DNA of 36,282 nucleotides from a virus: UHGV virus genome UHGV-1360836; one strand, 5' to 3'. Shown piece by piece: positions 35,978 to 36,282 of this stretch (position 1 is its first letter; each line of letters starts with the position of its first letter). The notes under the pieces were generated by a model. It saw only the letters and a program-made list of their open reading frames with translations, ran no database searches and was not told where the DNA came from. The position numbers and the translations under genes were made by a program.

Positions 35978-36282
35978 GTGAAGAAATTTGAATTAACAAA
36001 TGAATTTATTACAAATAGTTACGGGACAAAGCTGTTCCGCATCCGTGCCCTTGTTGAGTTCTGCGATGTGGAAGCCGGAGAACTTGGCGGGTATGTGGAG
36101 AAGGAATCAAACCTTGGTCATGACGGCAATGCGTGGGTGTGCGGCAATGCGTGGGTGTGCGGTAATGCACAGGTTTCCGGCAATGCGTGGGTGTGCGGTA
36201 ATGCACAGGTTTCCGGCGATGCGCGGGTGTACGACGATGCGCGGGTGTACGACGATGCGTGGGTGTGTGGCGATACGCGGGT
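35978..36282 (+). CDS. Hexapeptide-repeat protein, N-terminal part (GTG start); the 3' end runs off the window end and is continuous in frame with 1..313
   Basis: GTG start, no ATG. A unique 48-aa N-terminus is followed by GNAWVC/GNAQVS/GDARVY hexapeptide units encoded by 18-bp tandem DNA repeats. No stop occurs before the window end. Confidence 0.6.
   Translation, partial: MKKFELTNEFITNSYGTKLFRIRALVEFCDVEAGELGGYVEKESNLGHDGNAWVCGNAWVCGNAQVSGNAWVCGNAQVSGDARVYDDARVYDDAWVCGDTR

Noticed and set aside
1-36282. CRISPR arrays, IS elements or host flanks
   Set aside because: No regularly spaced repeat-spacer array was seen. No transposase-like ORF or terminal inverted repeats typical of IS elements were seen. 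The only recombinase is the phage integrase. The regular repeats present are coding (hexapeptide and CW_7 repeats).

Overview
The window is a 36,282-bp, apparently complete genome of a temperate siphovirus from a Firmicutes (Clostridia-type) host. Gene signals fit that host: AGGAGG-type RBS, frequent GTG/TTG starts, about 45% GC. Gene order is: an early/accessory cassette with a hexapeptide-repeat protein; a recombination and replication module (SSAP-like protein, PD-(D/E)XK nuclease, HerA/FtsK-like ATPase, RusA, DnaD-like replisome organizer); two orphan DNA methyltransferases (C5 and Dam-like); an ArpU-like late activator; a packaging and head module (TerS, TerL, portal, MuF-family protein, scaffold, major capsid); a tail module (connectors, major tail protein, G/GT chaperone pair, tape measure, Dit, Tal, fibre); a lysis module (BhlA-like protein, holin, GH25-CW7-LysM endolysin); and a lysogeny module (attP-like region, large serine integrase, a SAP-domain membrane protein, a Hol-Tox-like peptide, cI-like and Cro-like HTH proteins with a clear operator/promoter switch). 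The last gene of the window continues in frame into the first gene, so the record looks like a circular or circularly permuted phage genome cut inside one gene, not a prophage with host flanks. The most interesting signals are: (1) a 21-bp perfect inverted repeat pair, in the same codon phase in both copies, bracketing a 725-bp segment that holds two convergent alternative C-terminal domains of the tail-fibre protein, which suggests an invertible host-range switch with no cognate invertase encoded nearby; (2) a MuF protein with a C-terminal HExxH domain followed by a small acidic candidate immunity ORF; (3) a Hol-Tox-like 27-aa toxin peptide with a convergent strong orphan promoter (a type I toxin-antitoxin candidate), next to a SAP-domain membrane protein in the int-repressor accessory locus; (4) a duplicated cassette-boundary structure flanking the hexapeptide-repeat gene.
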